Shown one piece after another: positions 63,485 through 64,000 of a stretch of DNA of 64,000 bases. Below the pieces are notes generated by a model, which was not told the DNA's origin, did not search any database, and was given only the letters and a program-made list of their open reading frames with translations. The stretch's first letter is position 1; every line of letters begins with the position of its first letter. Where the stretch lies: the sequence record LC819005.1; one strand, written 5' to 3'. The position numbers and the translations under genes were made by a program.

Positions 63485-64000
63485 GTAGTGTATTGTCACC
63501 TATGGACGCTCCACCAAACGCCATAAGATCCAACCCGCAAACAAACTACCACAGCACGAACGACGCCTCTAGACTTTAGTGAGCGCGGGGAGGGGATACG
63601 GGCCCATCTACCTATCTTACCCCTCCCCACCGCCTCGGCCAGGTCACCATCAAACCTGGGCAAAGAGTGGCGATGCCCACTCACTACCTCCAGTGTTCTC
63701 CGCGCATAAATGCACATTGGGTCAGCTCCCAACTCACTGAAGGAACTACGCTCGTTCTAACGTAGCTTTGCTTTTTACCGCATACCAAGATAGCGGTGTT
63801 GACCTCTCCTCGTTCACTTGGGCTTTCGAGGTTTCGCAATACCATATCCTTCTCGGGATAGGCTGGTGCTGCATGAGGTAGAGACAGGCTGCCGTACAAC
63901 GACTTGCACATTTTCCCTACGCTGCTGCTACCCAGGCTACCCTTCTAAACCAGGCACACAACCATTGCATGGCTGCGCCGGTTCATCTACGTTTGACTTT
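63485..64000 (-). ncRNA. Candidate large ornate ncRNA (at least 510 nt; 5' end beyond the window)
   Basis: No credible CDS; many hairpins and nested long-range helices, with G.U wobbles that consistently favour the minus strand. Confidence 0.62.

Noticed and set aside
63509-63516. CTCCACCA suggesting a tmRNA/tRNA 3' end
   Set aside because: No preceding T-arm (GGTTCRA.TCC) and no matching 5' GGGG acceptor strand; it lies within a minus-strand hairpin loop.
63496-63911. ORFs 63496..63732 and 63684..63911 as protein genes
   Set aside because: No convincing RBS, codon usage unlike neighbouring genes, and they overlap each other and the structured RNA stems.
49110-64000. Group I or group II intron explanation for the two non-coding islands
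   Set aside because: No P7 R/S elements, no GUGYG start or domain V, and no interrupted flanking gene.

Overview
This window is part of a phiKZ-like (Chimalliviridae-type) jumbo phage genome. Its GC content is fairly high, and a Burkholderiales-like SspB gene suggests a betaproteobacterial host (inference). Positions ~1-42.5 kb hold the conserved core: a virion-RNAP beta C-terminal fragment, UvsX/RecA, an inner-head protein, RNase HI, central spike, SbcC/Rad50 ATPase, two 61-aa-repeat tail fibres (one with an S74 chaperone), a CYTH protein, holin/spanin candidates, RuvC, baseplate-type virion proteins, portal, a non-virion RNAP beta N-terminal subunit, major capsid protein and DnaB. Positions ~42.5-64 kb form an accessory region transcribed mostly on the minus strand. 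It contains SspB, YkvA, three pol-beta-fold nucleotidyltransferases, a degenerate HD protein, two 'MFExLL' virion-type proteins, an atypical tRNA-Arg and many small ORFans. The most striking unexplained features are two ORF-free, densely base-paired, terminator-bounded stretches of >500 nt (about 49.1-49.7 kb, and 63.5 kb to the window end) that look like large structured ncRNAs, and an early operon of two tandem RlaP-like nucleotidyltransferases plus a membrane-anchored protein. A shared early-promoter-like motif and a terminator-tail motif (hairpin followed by TTATGCCG) recur throughout. No CRISPR array, rRNA, integrase, transposase, intein or endolysin was recognised. phiKZ gp equivalents are recalled from memory, not obtained from a database search.
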